DNA of 59,424 bases from assembly GCA_034408725.1 (NCBI GenBank), contig JAWXCN010000124.1, positions 1 through 59,424 of the forward strand, given 5' to 3'. This DNA comes from Candidatus Hydrogenedentota bacterium (lineage in GTDB: Bacteria; Hydrogenedentota; Hydrogenedentia; Hydrogenedentales; SLHB01). Shown piece after piece: positions 8,475 through 18,418 of this stretch. A model generated the notes under the pieces. It was given only the letters and a program-made list of their open reading frames with translations, was not told the DNA's origin and did no database searches. A program made the translations under genes and the position numbers. How positions within the stretch are numbered: position 1 is the first letter of the stretch; every line of letters begins with the position of its first letter.

Positions 8475-9308
8475 ATGCCGGGAAATATACGGGCGATTGA
8501 CGTTTGGGCACAGCCCGCGCGGGCGGATGCGTTCAAGCTGCTGCCGGAGGTCGGACGTCTCTTCCAACAGTCCGGAAATGCGTGGGTGCTTGAAAAAGGA
8601 ATGAGCACGGAAGAAATCGTCGCAATGATGGATCGTGGCGGCGTCGAAAAGATGTTCATCTGCGCATGGTGCCGGCCCGGAAACTGGATCTATACCAACG
8701 ACGAAGTCGCGGAGATGGTCCGCGCGTTTCCGGACCGCTTCGTGGGAGTGGCGACTGTTGACCTCGAGAAACCGGTGCACGCTGTGCGGGAACTGGATCG
8801 CGCGGTCAACGAGCTGGGTTTCAAAGCGCTGCGCGTGGTTCCGTGGCTCTGGAACCGCCCGCCGAATGACAAGCTGTATTATCCCTTGTACGTGAAATGC
8901 ATTGAACTGAATATCCCCTTCTGTACGCAGGTCGGACATACCGGTCCGTTGATGCCGTCTGAAGTTGGACGGCCAGTGCCCTACCTTGATGAAGTCGCGC
9001 TGACGTTTCCCGACCTGCGCATCGTTGCGGGCCACATTGGTTATCCTTGGACTGACGAAATGATCGGGCTCGCCTGGAAACACAAGAATGTCTATATCGA
9101 CACGTCGGCGTGGCTGCCGCGATATTATCCGTTTCAATTGCAGCAATACATGCAAACGTATGGGAAGCATAAGGTGCTGTTTGGAAGCAATTTTCCACAG
9201 CTTTTGGCGGACAAGTGCGCGCAGGACGCGCGGCAACTCGGTTTGCCCGAGGATGTCGAGCGAATGTTTCTGCGAGACAATGCAATAACTGTTTTTGGGT
9301 TGGAATGA
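8475..9308 (+). CDS. Amidohydrolase_2 family protein
   Basis: FPDRFVG, CTQVGHTGP, IVAGHIGYPW, NVYIDTSA, KVLFGSNFP. Confidence 0.9.
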   Translation: MPGNIRAIDVWAQPARADAFKLLPEVGRLFQQSGNAWVLEKGMSTEEIVAMMDRGGVEKMFICAWCRPGNWIYTNDEVAEMVRAFPDRFVGVATVDLEKPVHAVRELDRAVNELGFKALRVVPWLWNRPPNDKLYYPLYVKCIELNIPFCTQVGHTGPLMPSEVGRPVPYLDEVALTFPDLRIVAGHIGYPWTDEMIGLAWKHKNVYIDTSAWLPRYYPFQLQQYMQTYGKHKVLFGSNFPQLLADKCAQDARQLGLPEDVERMFLRDNAITVFGLE

Positions 9309-11830
9309 CAAACCGGATTGGAACGGATTCGGAAACGGAAAATCAAGCGTCCTGGTCGCCCAGTGCGACGGAGGGTACGACGCGCGCATTCGCGCAGGTA
9401 GTCCTGCCTATAGCCTTGGATCAGGCTTTTACCTATTCCGTACCGGCGTCTCTGCGGCACCGGGTTGCCATGGGCATGCGCGTTGTCGTGCCGTTTCAGA
9501 AGCGGGTCGAAACCGGCGCCGTGGTCGGGCTTTCGGATTCTTCCAGCGTGGAAGGCATACGCGCGATCATCGATCTGCCAGATGATGGCCCAATCTTTTC
9601 CGCCGAGCTGTTGGACTTGTGCAAATGGATGTCCGAGTATTACTGCTGCGCTTGGGGCGAAGCGCTTGCCTCCGCCGTGCCCGCCGGCATCGCGATCCGG
9701 TCCAAGAAACGCTATGCGCTGAACCTGGCCGAACTTGGCCCCGGTCGATATACCGAACGGCAGCGAAAAGTCATCGCGGAATTGCACGGCCGCGGACCGC
9801 TTTCGGAAAAACAATTGGCGAAAACGGTCGGCGCGACTGCCCTCAGCAATACGCTGCGCACACTCGAAGCGCGCGGCATCATTCGCGCGGAATCCGTCGC
9901 TATCGACGCGGGCGTTTCCATTGCGACCGAAACCTGGGTGCGGTTGAACGAACTTGCGATCCCCTCGCCGGAAGAACTGGAGCGCATGCAGCGCCGTGCC
10001 CCGCGCCAGGCCGCTGTGCTGCTCGATTTGGTGAACAACGAACCGGAACGCATGGCGTCATCTTTGTACGAACGGCACGGCGTGGATTCTTCGGTGCTGC
10101 GGTTGCTGGAACAGCGCGGCGCCATCGAGCGATATGAACGTGAATTCTATCGTGCGCCGAACCTTTCCTCGGATGGACGTTCGAACCTCAAGCATGATCT
10201 CAATGGCGATCAGCGCGCGGCGTTTGACGCGATCACTGCCGCGATGGACGTATCGCAGTTTCAGCCGTTTCTCTTGCAGGGCATCACCGGCAGCGGCAAA
10301 ACCGAGGTCTATCTACAAGCCATCGAGCATGCGCTGAAACTGGAGCGGACCGCGATCATTCTCGTGCCGGAAATTTCGCTGACGCCGCAGACCGTCGGGC
10401 GGTTCAAATCGCGCTTCGATGCGGACATCGCAGTGTTGCACAGTGGCCTCGGCGCGGGCGAACGTTACGACGAGTGGCGTCGCGCGCAACGCGGCGAAGT
10501 GCGCATCGTCGTCGGCGCGCGCTCGGCTATCTTCGCGCCGCTGCCGCGCCTCGGTGTCATTGTCGTTGACGAAGAACACGACAACTCGTACAAGCAAAGC
10601 GAAACGCCACGTTACCACGCGCGGGACGTCGCGATCATGCGCGCGAAACTGAACAACGCGGTCTGCGTGCTCGGTTCCGCGACGCCCTCCATCGAGTCGT
10701 ATCACAACAGCGAATCGGGCAAGTCTGTCCGCATCGAACTGCACCGCCGCGCGACCAATGCCCTGCTGCCGGAAGTCGAACTCGTCGACATGCGCACCGA
10801 GAACCGCGAAGCCGGCATGGAGATCATGGTGTCGCGCAAGCTGGAAACGGAAATTGGCGAGCGACTTCGCACGGGCGATCAGGTGTTGTTGTTGCTGAAC
10901 CGCCGCGGTTTCGCGCCGTTCGTGTTGTGCCCGAAATGTGGCTGGTGTGCGCAGTGCCCGGATTGCAATGTGACGTTGACGTATCACGCGAAGGGCGCGT
11001 TCCTGAGCTGCCACTATTGCAACGGACGCCGCGGCGTCCCACTCGTGTGCGACGAATGCCACTTCAATCCGCTGCTGTACCTCGGCATGGGCACGCAAAA
11101 AGTCGAGGACTACTTGCAACAGGCGTTTCCCGATGCGCGTATCGAGCGCATGGACGCGGACACGACCTCCGGCAAGGGCGGGCACGCAAAAATTCTCGGA
11201 CGCCTGGCTTCGGGCGAGATCGACGTGCTCGTCGGGACGCAGATGATCGCGAAAGGACACGACTACCCGGGCGTGACGCTGGTCGGCGTGATCAACGCGG
11301 ACTCCGGCCTGCGCATGCCGGACTTCCGCGCAGCCGAAACGACGTTTCAACTGCTCACCCAAGTCGCGGGCCGCGCCGGCCGCGGCGATAAACCGGGCCA
11401 CGTCATCATCCAAACGTTCAGACCCAACCACTACGCCGTCGTCGCTGCCGCAAAACACGATTACGCAGCGTTCTTCGCGCGCGAAATCGCCGAACGCAAC
11501 AATGCGCAGTATCCTCCGTTCCGGCGCATGGCAAACCTTATGATCGAATGCGAAGACCCCGAACGCGCCGAACGTTGCGCCGCAATCCTCCACCGCGTCG
11601 CCCGCGAACAAATCGCCGCACTAAACTTCGACGGTCTCGAAACCCTCGGCCCGTCCCCCGCAACCATCCGGCGCATCAAAAAACTCTACCGCTGGAACCT
11701 TGGAATGTTGTCGAAAAGCGCAAAGAGGTTGAATACTCTCAGCCGCGCCATTCGCGATGCATACGCGAAAGACGAGCGAACGGGGAGAACGAAGTTGAAA
11801 ATTGATTTGGACCCGTATGGGATGTATTGA
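9305..11830 (+). CDS. priA: Primosomal protein N' (replication restart helicase)
   Basis: GITGSGKTEVY, LVPEISLTPQ, DEEHD, LGSATPS, NRRGF, four CxxC pairs, GTQMIAKGHD, QVAGRAGR, terminal IDLDPY. ATGA overlap at 9305. Confidence 0.97.
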   Translation: MTNRIGTDSETENQASWSPSATEGTTRAFAQVVLPIALDQAFTYSVPASLRHRVAMGMRVVVPFQKRVETGAVVGLSDSSSVEGIRAIIDLPDDGPIFSAELLDLCKWMSEYYCCAWGEALASAVPAGIAIRSKKRYALNLAELGPGRYTERQRKVIAELHGRGPLSEKQLAKTVGATALSNTLRTLEARGIIRAESVAIDAGVSIATETWVRLNELAIPSPEELERMQRRAPRQAAVLLDLVNNEPERMASSLYERHGVDSSVLRLLEQRGAIERYEREFYRAPNLSSDGRSNLKHDLNGDQRAAFDAITAAMDVSQFQPFLLQGITGSGKTEVYLQAIEHALKLERTAIILVPEISLTPQTVGRFKSRFDADIAVLHSGLGAGERYDEWRRAQRGEVRIVVGARSAIFAPLPRLGVIVVDEEHDNSYKQSETPRYHARDVAIMRAKLNNAVCVLGSATPSIESYHNSESGKSVRIELHRRATNALLPEVELVDMRTENREAGMEIMVSRKLETEIGERLRTGDQVLLLLNRRGFAPFVLCPKCGWCAQCPDCNVTLTYHAKGAFLSCHYCNGRRGVPLVCDECHFNPLLYLGMGTQKVEDYLQQAFPDARIERMDADTTSGKGGHAKILGRLASGEIDVLVGTQMIAKGHDYPGVTLVGVINADSGLRMPDFRAAETTFQLLTQVAGRAGRGDKPGHVIIQTFRPNHYAVVAAAKHDYAAFFAREIAERNNAQYPPFRRMANLMIECEDPERAERCAAILHRVAREQIAALNFDGLETLGPSPATIRRIKKLYRWNLGMLSKSAKRLNTLSRAIRDAYAKDERTGRTKLKIDLDPYGMY

Positions 11831-12023
11831 AAAAGACTCGCAACCGGCGGTTCAATCCCAAATGGGGTCCACGGCATTTTTATTAAAGTCTCTTAGTTTT
11901 AGAAATGTCCACGACTTCGCCGGACGCGGCGAAAAATGCATCCTGCGTATCCGGTTGCTACTATGGTATTCGCATTATCGGCGAGTCAGAAAAAATTGGT
12001 CATGGCGTTCGGGGGACACTTCT

Positions 12024-14432
12024 ATGCGCGGGTTTGCAATGGTCGTAATGTGCTCACTATCTGCGCCGGTTGCATTGGCACAGGCCCTATACACGGTGCA
12101 GGGTGTCGAGCCGCAGCCAGTGATTGCTCAGGCGTTGCGCTTGAGCGATGCATTGACTTTTCTTGGTCACGGTCTCAGCTCCGAGGATATCAGCCGGCTC
12201 AAGACGCTTGCGGACGCGGCTCTTACCGAAGAGACGCCGGCTTCCGTGCAGGCGATACTCGATCCCTATTGCATTGCGCTGGTGCATATTAACCCGGAAA
12301 TGCGCGTCAGGGTGTTGCAGGGCCCGGCGAGGTCTATCCTCATGCAAAACGGCTGGACCAGTTTTCTTGTAAAAGTCCACAATGAAGCCAGGACACGCGC
12401 CGAACTCATACCCGCAAGTCCAAACGCCGATCCACTGTTGCACCGTTCGACCAGCGCGCCGGAACCCAAGCCGGAGAACTTGATATCGCCGGGGCAGGTG
12501 GCGCAACGGTTTCTCGAATTGAAAATGTACCATCGCCGGCCTATGAACGCCTTGCTGTCCGGGTTCCCGCTCGAGTACGCGATCGTGCAGGTATACACGA
12601 AAGACGCGGGTGCGCGGGAGGCCAAACTCGGCTTCAACATTGGCCAGGGAACGCAGGACCTTGGTTTCCGCGATCACCTCGATATCCTGTTTGACTGCAA
12701 ACCCGCGGTGAAAGTAGTGCTGCGCGTGAAAGACGACGGCGGCAAACCCACGATGGCATCTTTCGTGTTCTCGGACAATGTCGAGCGCACGGAGCAGGAA
12801 CAGGATTACGCGGGCAGTATCAAGCCCGATTACAGGCTGCAAATGGCGCAGAATGTACCCCCTGGCGCCTTGCTCACGAAATCCCAGCGGTTCACGGGGA
12901 TTTACCCCTTGCCTGCGCGCCGCCTTGCTGAGGAAGACGAATTCCCCGATTTTTTTTTCCAGCCACAGATTTATCGCGCAGACGGGGAACACGTCATGTT
13001 GCCCCCCGGTGAGTACCGCGTTGAATACACCCGCGGGCCCGAATACATCCCGAAAGAAACGACGATAGTCGTGCCGGAAGGCGTGATGGAGCACGAAGAA
13101 TCGTTCAAGCTCGAGCGCTGGATTCACCTCGCCAAACTCGGATGGTACAGCGCCGATCATCACGTACATGGCGGCGGGTGCTCGCACTACGAAAGCCCGC
13201 AGGCCGGCGTAACACCGGAATCAATGATGCGGCAGGCGCTCGGCGAAGACTTGAATGTTACCTGCGTGTTGAGTTGGGGTCCGTGCTGGTACCACCAGAA
13301 ATCGTATTTCAAAGGTTCAAACGATCCCCTGTCTACGCCAAACAACATTATGCGCTACGACGTCGAAGTCTCAGGCTTTCCTTCGAGTCACGCCGGGCAT
13401 CTCTGCCTGTTGCGGCTAAAGGAAGACGACTACACCAACACCACGAAGATCGAAGAATGGCCAAGTTGGACCATGCCCGTCCTGCAATGGGGCCAACAAC
13501 AGGATGCAATCGTTGGGTATTCGCATTCGGGCTGGGGGCTGGAGCCGCTCGAGCCGACAACCGAGCTGCCGAATTACGTTATGGCAAAGTTCGACGGCAT
13601 CGGCGCCAACGAATACATCGTGACGGGTCCGTTAGGCGCCTGCGATTTCATCAGCGCGGGCGATACGCCGTATCTCTGGGAATTGAACATCTGGTACCAC
13701 ACGCTGAACACCGGCGTCACCACTCGCATCAGCGGCGAGACTGATTTCCCCTGCATCTACGACGAGCGCGTCGGCATCGCGCGCAGCTACGCGCCCATGA
13801 AAGGCGCGCTGGATTTCGACGCCTATGTCGGCAAACTGAAGACTGGCGAAAATTACGTATGCGACGGTAAATCCCATATCCTCGATTTCCGTGCTGATGG
13901 ACTCGTCATGGGTCACGATGACAGCACGCTAAAACTGGATGCTCCGCGGACCGTGCAGGTTAGCGCGCGAGTCGCTGCCTATCTGCCGGAGCAGCAGGAC
14001 GCCACCGGCGAGGCCCTTGCCAAGCAACAGCCGAACGGGGCGCCCTATTGGCACATCGAAAAGTCGCGCATTGGCACGACGCGCACCGTGCCGGTTGAAC
14101 TGTTGGTAAACGGCAAACCCGTTGCGCGCGACGTCATCGAAGCCGACGGCAAATTGCGCAAAGTGAAATTTGATTGTTCGATAGACCAATCAAGCTGGAT
14201 CGCATTGCGCATTCTGCCCAGCAGCCATACAAACCCGATTTTTGTGACAGTGGCCGGCAAACCCATTCGTGCATCGAAGAAAAGCGCCGAATGGTGCCGC
14301 GCCGCGGTAGACCGCTGCTGGCAAATGAAAGAACCCCAAATCCGTGAAGCGGAACGCCCCGCGGCGAAAACCGCCTATGACGCCGCCCGCGCCTATTATG
14401 ACTCGGCCATCGCTGAGGCTACCGGGGAATAG
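12024..14432 (+). CDS. Secreted CehA/McbA-family (PHP-like) metallohydrolase
   Basis: Signal peptide MRGFAMVV...ALAQ, then RGPEY, GWYSADHHVH, GYSHSGWG, SGETDFPC, SWIALR...HTNPIFV. Confidence 0.8.
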   Translation: MRGFAMVVMCSLSAPVALAQALYTVQGVEPQPVIAQALRLSDALTFLGHGLSSEDISRLKTLADAALTEETPASVQAILDPYCIALVHINPEMRVRVLQGPARSILMQNGWTSFLVKVHNEARTRAELIPASPNADPLLHRSTSAPEPKPENLISPGQVAQRFLELKMYHRRPMNALLSGFPLEYAIVQVYTKDAGAREAKLGFNIGQGTQDLGFRDHLDILFDCKPAVKVVLRVKDDGGKPTMASFVFSDNVERTEQEQDYAGSIKPDYRLQMAQNVPPGALLTKSQRFTGIYPLPARRLAEEDEFPDFFFQPQIYRADGEHVMLPPGEYRVEYTRGPEYIPKETTIVVPEGVMEHEESFKLERWIHLAKLGWYSADHHVHGGGCSHYESPQAGVTPESMMRQALGEDLNVTCVLSWGPCWYHQKSYFKGSNDPLSTPNNIMRYDVEVSGFPSSHAGHLCLLRLKEDDYTNTTKIEEWPSWTMPVLQWGQQQDAIVGYSHSGWGLEPLEPTTELPNYVMAKFDGIGANEYIVTGPLGACDFISAGDTPYLWELNIWYHTLNTGVTTRISGETDFPCIYDERVGIARSYAPMKGALDFDAYVGKLKTGENYVCDGKSHILDFRADGLVMGHDDSTLKLDAPRTVQVSARVAAYLPEQQDATGEALAKQQPNGAPYWHIEKSRIGTTRTVPVELLVNGKPVARDVIEADGKLRKVKFDCSIDQSSWIALRILPSSHTNPIFVTVAGKPIRASKKSAEWCRAAVDRCWQMKEPQIREAERPAAKTAYDAARAYYDSAIAEATGE

Positions 14433-14480
14433 CGTCGTATGTTTGAGCCCTGTTCGCATACTTTACTCTTTTGGCATCCC

Positions 14481-14507
14481 GTGTTACGATTTTGAGATTC
14501 GTAATAC
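14481..14507. promoter_or_regulatory. NikR-type operator
   Basis: GTGTTAC-N13-GTAATAC inverted repeat 12 nt before the transporter operon start. Matches the GTGTTAC-N13/14-GTAACAC NikR signal known from deltaproteobacteria with 1 mismatch. Confidence 0.7.
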
Positions 14508-14519
14508 CGGAGCCGTCCC

Positions 14520-15284
14520 ATGCGCATTTTCCTCACAGCAATTTTATATTTACTTTCGCCTCATTTCGCACTTGCGCATTTTCAAGTCTTGATTCCATCG
14601 GCCGATTTTGTCTCGAATCCGGCGAACGCTGAGGTCGTGCTTACCATTCAGTTCACCCATCCGATGGAAGGCGGACCCATCATGGCGATGGATGCGCCAA
14701 AACAGTTTGGCGTGCTCGCGGACGGCAAAAAACACGATCTGCTAACTTCGTTGAAACCCGTCACGATTTCCGGAAAAACTGCGTTCACGGCCGCATACGA
14801 TGTGAAGCAACCGGGTGGCCATACTTTTTATATCGAACCCGCGCCGTATTGGGAACCGGATGAGAATACCTACATAAAACATTACACCAAAGTGCTGGTC
14901 GGCGCGTTTGGCTCGTGGTCGGGTTGGAAAGAGCCGGTAGGATTTCCGGTCGAGATTCAACCGCTTACTCGGCCCCTGGGTTTGTGGACCGGCAACGTAT
15001 TCCGCGGCGTTGTCATTGCAAAGGGCAAGCCCGTGCCCGGCGCCACGGTCGAGGTCGAGTACTTCAACGAATCCAAACAAGTGACCCCACCAAACGATGC
15101 TTTCATTACGCAGACCATCGAGACCGACGCAAACGGTGTATTCACCTATGGCCTGCCGCGCGCGGGGTGGTGGGGATTCGCGGCGTTGATTGACGGCGTC
15201 GAGACAATGCCGGGGCCGGACGGAAAACCTGCCGGCGTGGAATCTGGCGCGCTCATTTGGGTGGGCGCGGTGGACATGAAGTGA
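14520..15284 (+). CDS. DUF4198 periplasmic component of Ni/Co ECF transporter
   Basis: Signal peptide then AHFQVLIPS, FTHPMEG, PYWEP.E..YI.HYTK, EIQPLTRP.GLWTGNVF.G, GWWGFAAL. Confidence 0.9.
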   Translation: MRIFLTAILYLLSPHFALAHFQVLIPSADFVSNPANAEVVLTIQFTHPMEGGPIMAMDAPKQFGVLADGKKHDLLTSLKPVTISGKTAFTAAYDVKQPGGHTFYIEPAPYWEPDENTYIKHYTKVLVGAFGSWSGWKEPVGFPVEIQPLTRPLGLWTGNVFRGVVIAKGKPVPGATVEVEYFNESKQVTPPNDAFITQTIETDANGVFTYGLPRAGWWGFAALIDGVETMPGPDGKPAGVESGALIWVGAVDMK

Positions 15285-15290
15285 CGGCGC

Positions 15291-15935
15291 ATGCACATCG
15301 CTGAAGGCATACTTCCCGGTTCGACGCTCGTAGCAGGTGCGCTGCTCGCCGCGGCGGGCACCGTTATCGGCTTGCGCAAGATGGATGACGAACGGACCAT
15401 CCACGTCGCTGTGTTGTCGTCGGCCCTGTTCGTGGCGTCGTTGATACATGTTCCCGTCGGTCCCGCGCCCGTGCATCTTGTGTTGAACGGCCTTGCCGGC
15501 TTATTGCTGGGTTGGGCGATCTTCCCCGCGTATCTTACGGCGCTTGTGTTGCAGTCAGTCTTTTTTGGATATGGCGGGATCACGAGTCTAGGGGTGAATA
15601 CCATTGTCATGGCGACGCCTGGCCTTCTGTGTTACATGTTATTCGGACGCGCACTATCGGGCGCCACGCCGCGCGGGGCATTCGCAATCGGCGCGCTTTC
15701 CGGCGCGATTGCAATACTCTGCGGGTGCGCGCTGTTGTGCGGCGCATTGCTGACGAGTGGCCAGTCGTTCTCGGTGGCCGCGGCGGTGGTATTCGCGGGC
15801 CACATACCAGTAGCCGTGATCGAAGCAGTGGTGACGGGCAGCGTTCTGTCCTTTCTGTTGCGCGTGCGTCCCGAGACGTTCCAGCGAACGCACGCGACGG
15901 CTTTTGCAGCGGATCGCCTGCCGGAATCCGCATGA
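15291..15935 (+). CDS. cbiM: Ni/Co ECF transporter substrate-capture subunit (CbiM/NikM)
   Basis: N-terminal MHIAEG, HLVLNGL, LQSVFFGYGGITSLGVN. Confidence 0.93.
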   Translation: MHIAEGILPGSTLVAGALLAAAGTVIGLRKMDDERTIHVAVLSSALFVASLIHVPVGPAPVHLVLNGLAGLLLGWAIFPAYLTALVLQSVFFGYGGITSLGVNTIVMATPGLLCYMLFGRALSGATPRGAFAIGALSGAIAILCGCALLCGALLTSGQSFSVAAAVVFAGHIPVAVIEAVVTGSVLSFLLRVRPETFQRTHATAFAADRLPESA

Positions 15936-16450
15936 AGCGCGGGCTCATGATCCTCATCGCATGTGCGGCGGCGTGCTCCGCGCAAGCGCACAAGCTCAAC
16001 CTCTTCGCGACGGCGACGCAGGCCGGCATCGAAGGCAAAGTGTATTTTCCCACGGGGCCCGCGGCAGGAATTGCTGTTGAACTGCGCGACACGGCGGGGA
16101 GCGTTGTTGCGACAGTGCAAAGCGCGGAAGACGGATCGTTCCTATTCGGAGGTCCGCACCAACCGCCCATTACGCTTGTTTCGCAGTCGGCTGATGGCCA
16201 TCGCGCGGAATTCCGGATTGACGCGGACGGCGCCACCGGGCAGATCGTGCCGGAGGATGCGCCCCATTTAGACATCGAAGAAAAGGCCCTACGCGCGATT
16301 GTTCAACAAGAGCTTCAACCGCTTCGCGAACAGCTCGATGAACAGGCCAATCGAATGCGCACGCGCGATGTTCTCGCGGGCATCGGATACATTCTCGGTA
16401 TATTTGGCGTAATCGCGTTGTTGAAACGGCGTCCTGGCGCGCCGTCGTAG
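15932..16450 (+). CDS. NikL/CbiL-like auxiliary subunit of Ni/Co transporter
   Basis: Signal peptide, AHKLNLFA, DGHRAEF, C-terminal RDVLAGIGYILGIFG. ATGA overlap at 15932. Confidence 0.8.
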   Translation: MKRGLMILIACAAACSAQAHKLNLFATATQAGIEGKVYFPTGPAAGIAVELRDTAGSVVATVQSAEDGSFLFGGPHQPPITLVSQSADGHRAEFRIDADGATGQIVPEDAPHLDIEEKALRAIVQQELQPLREQLDEQANRMRTRDVLAGIGYILGIFGVIALLKRRPGAPS

Positions 16451-16452
16451 CC

Positions 16453-17202
16453 GTGTTTGCCGAAGCGTTCACATCGCGCGATTCGCCGGTACACCGGTGC
16501 GACGCGCGCGTGCGCATTGCCGCGGCGCTGGCGCTATCGATTGCCATTGCCCTCGCGCACACGATTCCGGCCCATGCATTCGGCGCGGCCGTTGCGCTGG
16601 CACTTGCCGCGTGCGCGCAACTTCCCCTGCGCGACACGCTGCTCCGCCTCGCTCCCTTGAACTGTTTCTTGCTGCTGCTATGGATTCTTGTTCCGCTCAC
16701 ACCGTCAGAAGGCCCAATGGTAATGGTTGGCCCATATTCGATTTCCGAAGACGGCGTTTGGCGCGTTTTGGGTATTACCTTGCGCGCCAACGCGATTGTG
16801 CTCGCGGTGACGGCGCTGGTGGCGACGCTCGAGGTTGTCGAGTTTGGGCGCGCGTTGCACTCGCTTGGCGCGCCGCCGAAGCTGGTCACGCTGTTATTGT
16901 TTACGGTGCGATACACTGCGGTTCTGCGCGTAGAATACGGAGAACTGCGCCGCGCGATGCGCGTTAGATGTTTCAAGCCGCGCACCAACGCGCACACGCT
17001 ACGTTCACTTGGCAATCTTGTGGGCATGCTGCTCGTGCGGGGATTCGAACGCTCCGAGCGCGTGCTGATGGCCATGAAATGCCGCGGATACACCGGACGC
17101 GTGCCGCTGAAACCGTCCCGGCCCATGCACCTCCGTGATGCCGCACTCAGTGTTGCGACCGTACTTTGCGTAGGCGCGGTACTCTGGATTGAACGCCGAT
17201 GA
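16453..17202 (+). CDS. cbiQ: ECF transporter T component (CbiQ/NikQ)
   Basis: SPVHRCDARVR, FTVRY, AMRVRCF, RSERVLMAMKCRGY. Confidence 0.92.
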   Translation: MFAEAFTSRDSPVHRCDARVRIAAALALSIAIALAHTIPAHAFGAAVALALAACAQLPLRDTLLRLAPLNCFLLLLWILVPLTPSEGPMVMVGPYSISEDGVWRVLGITLRANAIVLAVTALVATLEVVEFGRALHSLGAPPKLVTLLLFTVRYTAVLRVEYGELRRAMRVRCFKPRTNAHTLRSLGNLVGMLLVRGFERSERVLMAMKCRGYTGRVPLKPSRPMHLRDAALSVATVLCVGAVLWIERR

Positions 17203-17849
17203 GCGCGCCGATTGTGGAACTCCGCGGCATCATGTTTGCCTATGACACAGAGCGCGTCGTGTTGAATAATTTGAGCCTCGCAATTTCGCCTGGCGAACGT
17301 ATCGGCATGCGCGGCGCCAATGGTTCGGGAAAAACAACGCTCCTGCATCTGATGGTTGGGCTGGTTACGCCAACTGCGGGCGAGATTCTCTGTTTCGATG
17401 CGCCGCGCCGGTCCGAGGCCGATTTTTTGGACGTGCGCCGGCGCGTGGGATTGCTGTTTCAGGATTCGGATGATCAGTTGTTTTGCCCAACCGTTGGAGA
17501 GGACGTGGCATTTGGCCCGTTGAACCTCGGCGTCACGCGGGACGAAGCCAGGCGGCGGACGCTTGCCGCGCTTGAGGCGGTTGGCTTGCGCGGATACGAA
17601 GACCGCATTACGTACAAACTCAGCGGCGGCGAGAAACGTCTTGCGGCATTGGCGACAGTGCTAGCGATGGAACCGGACGTGCTTCTACTGGACGAACCGC
17701 TCACCGGCCTTGACGAAGAACATGAACAGCGCGTCGTCGCAATTCTCGATTCGCTGCCGCAGGCGATGCTGATCGTGTCGCACGACAAAACTTTTCTGTC
17801 CCGCATCGCTTCCCGCCAGGTTGAACTCAAGCAAGGGTGTATTCGATAG
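17199..17849 (+). CDS. cbiO: ECF transporter ATPase (CbiO/NikO)
   Basis: GANGSGKTT, FQDSDDQLFCPTV.EDVAFGP, LSGGEKR, LLLDEP. Confidence 0.93.
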   Translation: MSAPIVELRGIMFAYDTERVVLNNLSLAISPGERIGMRGANGSGKTTLLHLMVGLVTPTAGEILCFDAPRRSEADFLDVRRRVGLLFQDSDDQLFCPTVGEDVAFGPLNLGVTRDEARRRTLAALEAVGLRGYEDRITYKLSGGEKRLAALATVLAMEPDVLLLDEPLTGLDEEHEQRVVAILDSLPQAMLIVSHDKTFLSRIASRQVELKQGCIR

Positions 17850-17859
17850 CAAGGTCTGG

Positions 17860-18162
17860 CCTTGGAGTGCGGTAGCGGTAGCTGCCGCTTTCTATTCGGA
17901 GGCTTTCAGCACTTCGTAACGCGCGGACAGGGCAAGGCTCACTGCTCTCCCAAAGCGGTAGCTTCGCCACCGCAGTCCAAATAGTCCTCCACGCAAAACG
18001 ACGTTTCGGGAAGAAGCCTATTTGGACTGCGGCGGCCCCCAAGGCGCCGCTTAGGCTGTTTATCACAGATGGTCTACCCGTGCCGTGCGCGCACATCGTC
18101 GTCGTCCCTAAACAGCCAAAGCGGTGTCTGCGCTACCCGCTTCGCCACCGCAGTCCAAATAG
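17860..18162. repeat. BIME-like REP array
   Basis: C variant ttggagtgcggtagcggtagctgccgcttt, followed by A and B units separated by the conserved spacer cagatggtctaccc..gtgcgcgcac. Confidence 0.9.
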
Positions 18163-18343
18163 CGCTTGGTGAAGACGAAGTTTTGGAGTTGCGATTACAT
18201 GACGCTTGAGTTGGAGTATGAGAAGCCGTTGGACTGGCCATTTTTTCTGCGGTATCTGGGCGCGCGGCGAACGTTGACATTGTCGCAAGCAGCAATCGGC
18301 CTGTTTTAGTACTAAAATTACTAAACGTCAAGTTTCGCCGTTA

Positions 18344-18372
18344 TTGCACTTTTATAATTTATGCCATATAAT
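18344..18372 (+). promoter_or_regulatory. Sigma-70 promoter
   Basis: TTGCAC-N17-TATAAT upstream of the GT39-like gene. Confidence 0.6.
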
Positions 18373-18418
18373 TCACTCGGGCTCGGGGTTTGAGACGTCT
18401 CTATGAGGGTGAGGGGTT

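Noticed and set aside
14433-14519. Cobalamin riboswitch before the cbiM-like operon
   Set aside because: The gap is too short and has no B12 box; a NikR-like palindrome is present instead.
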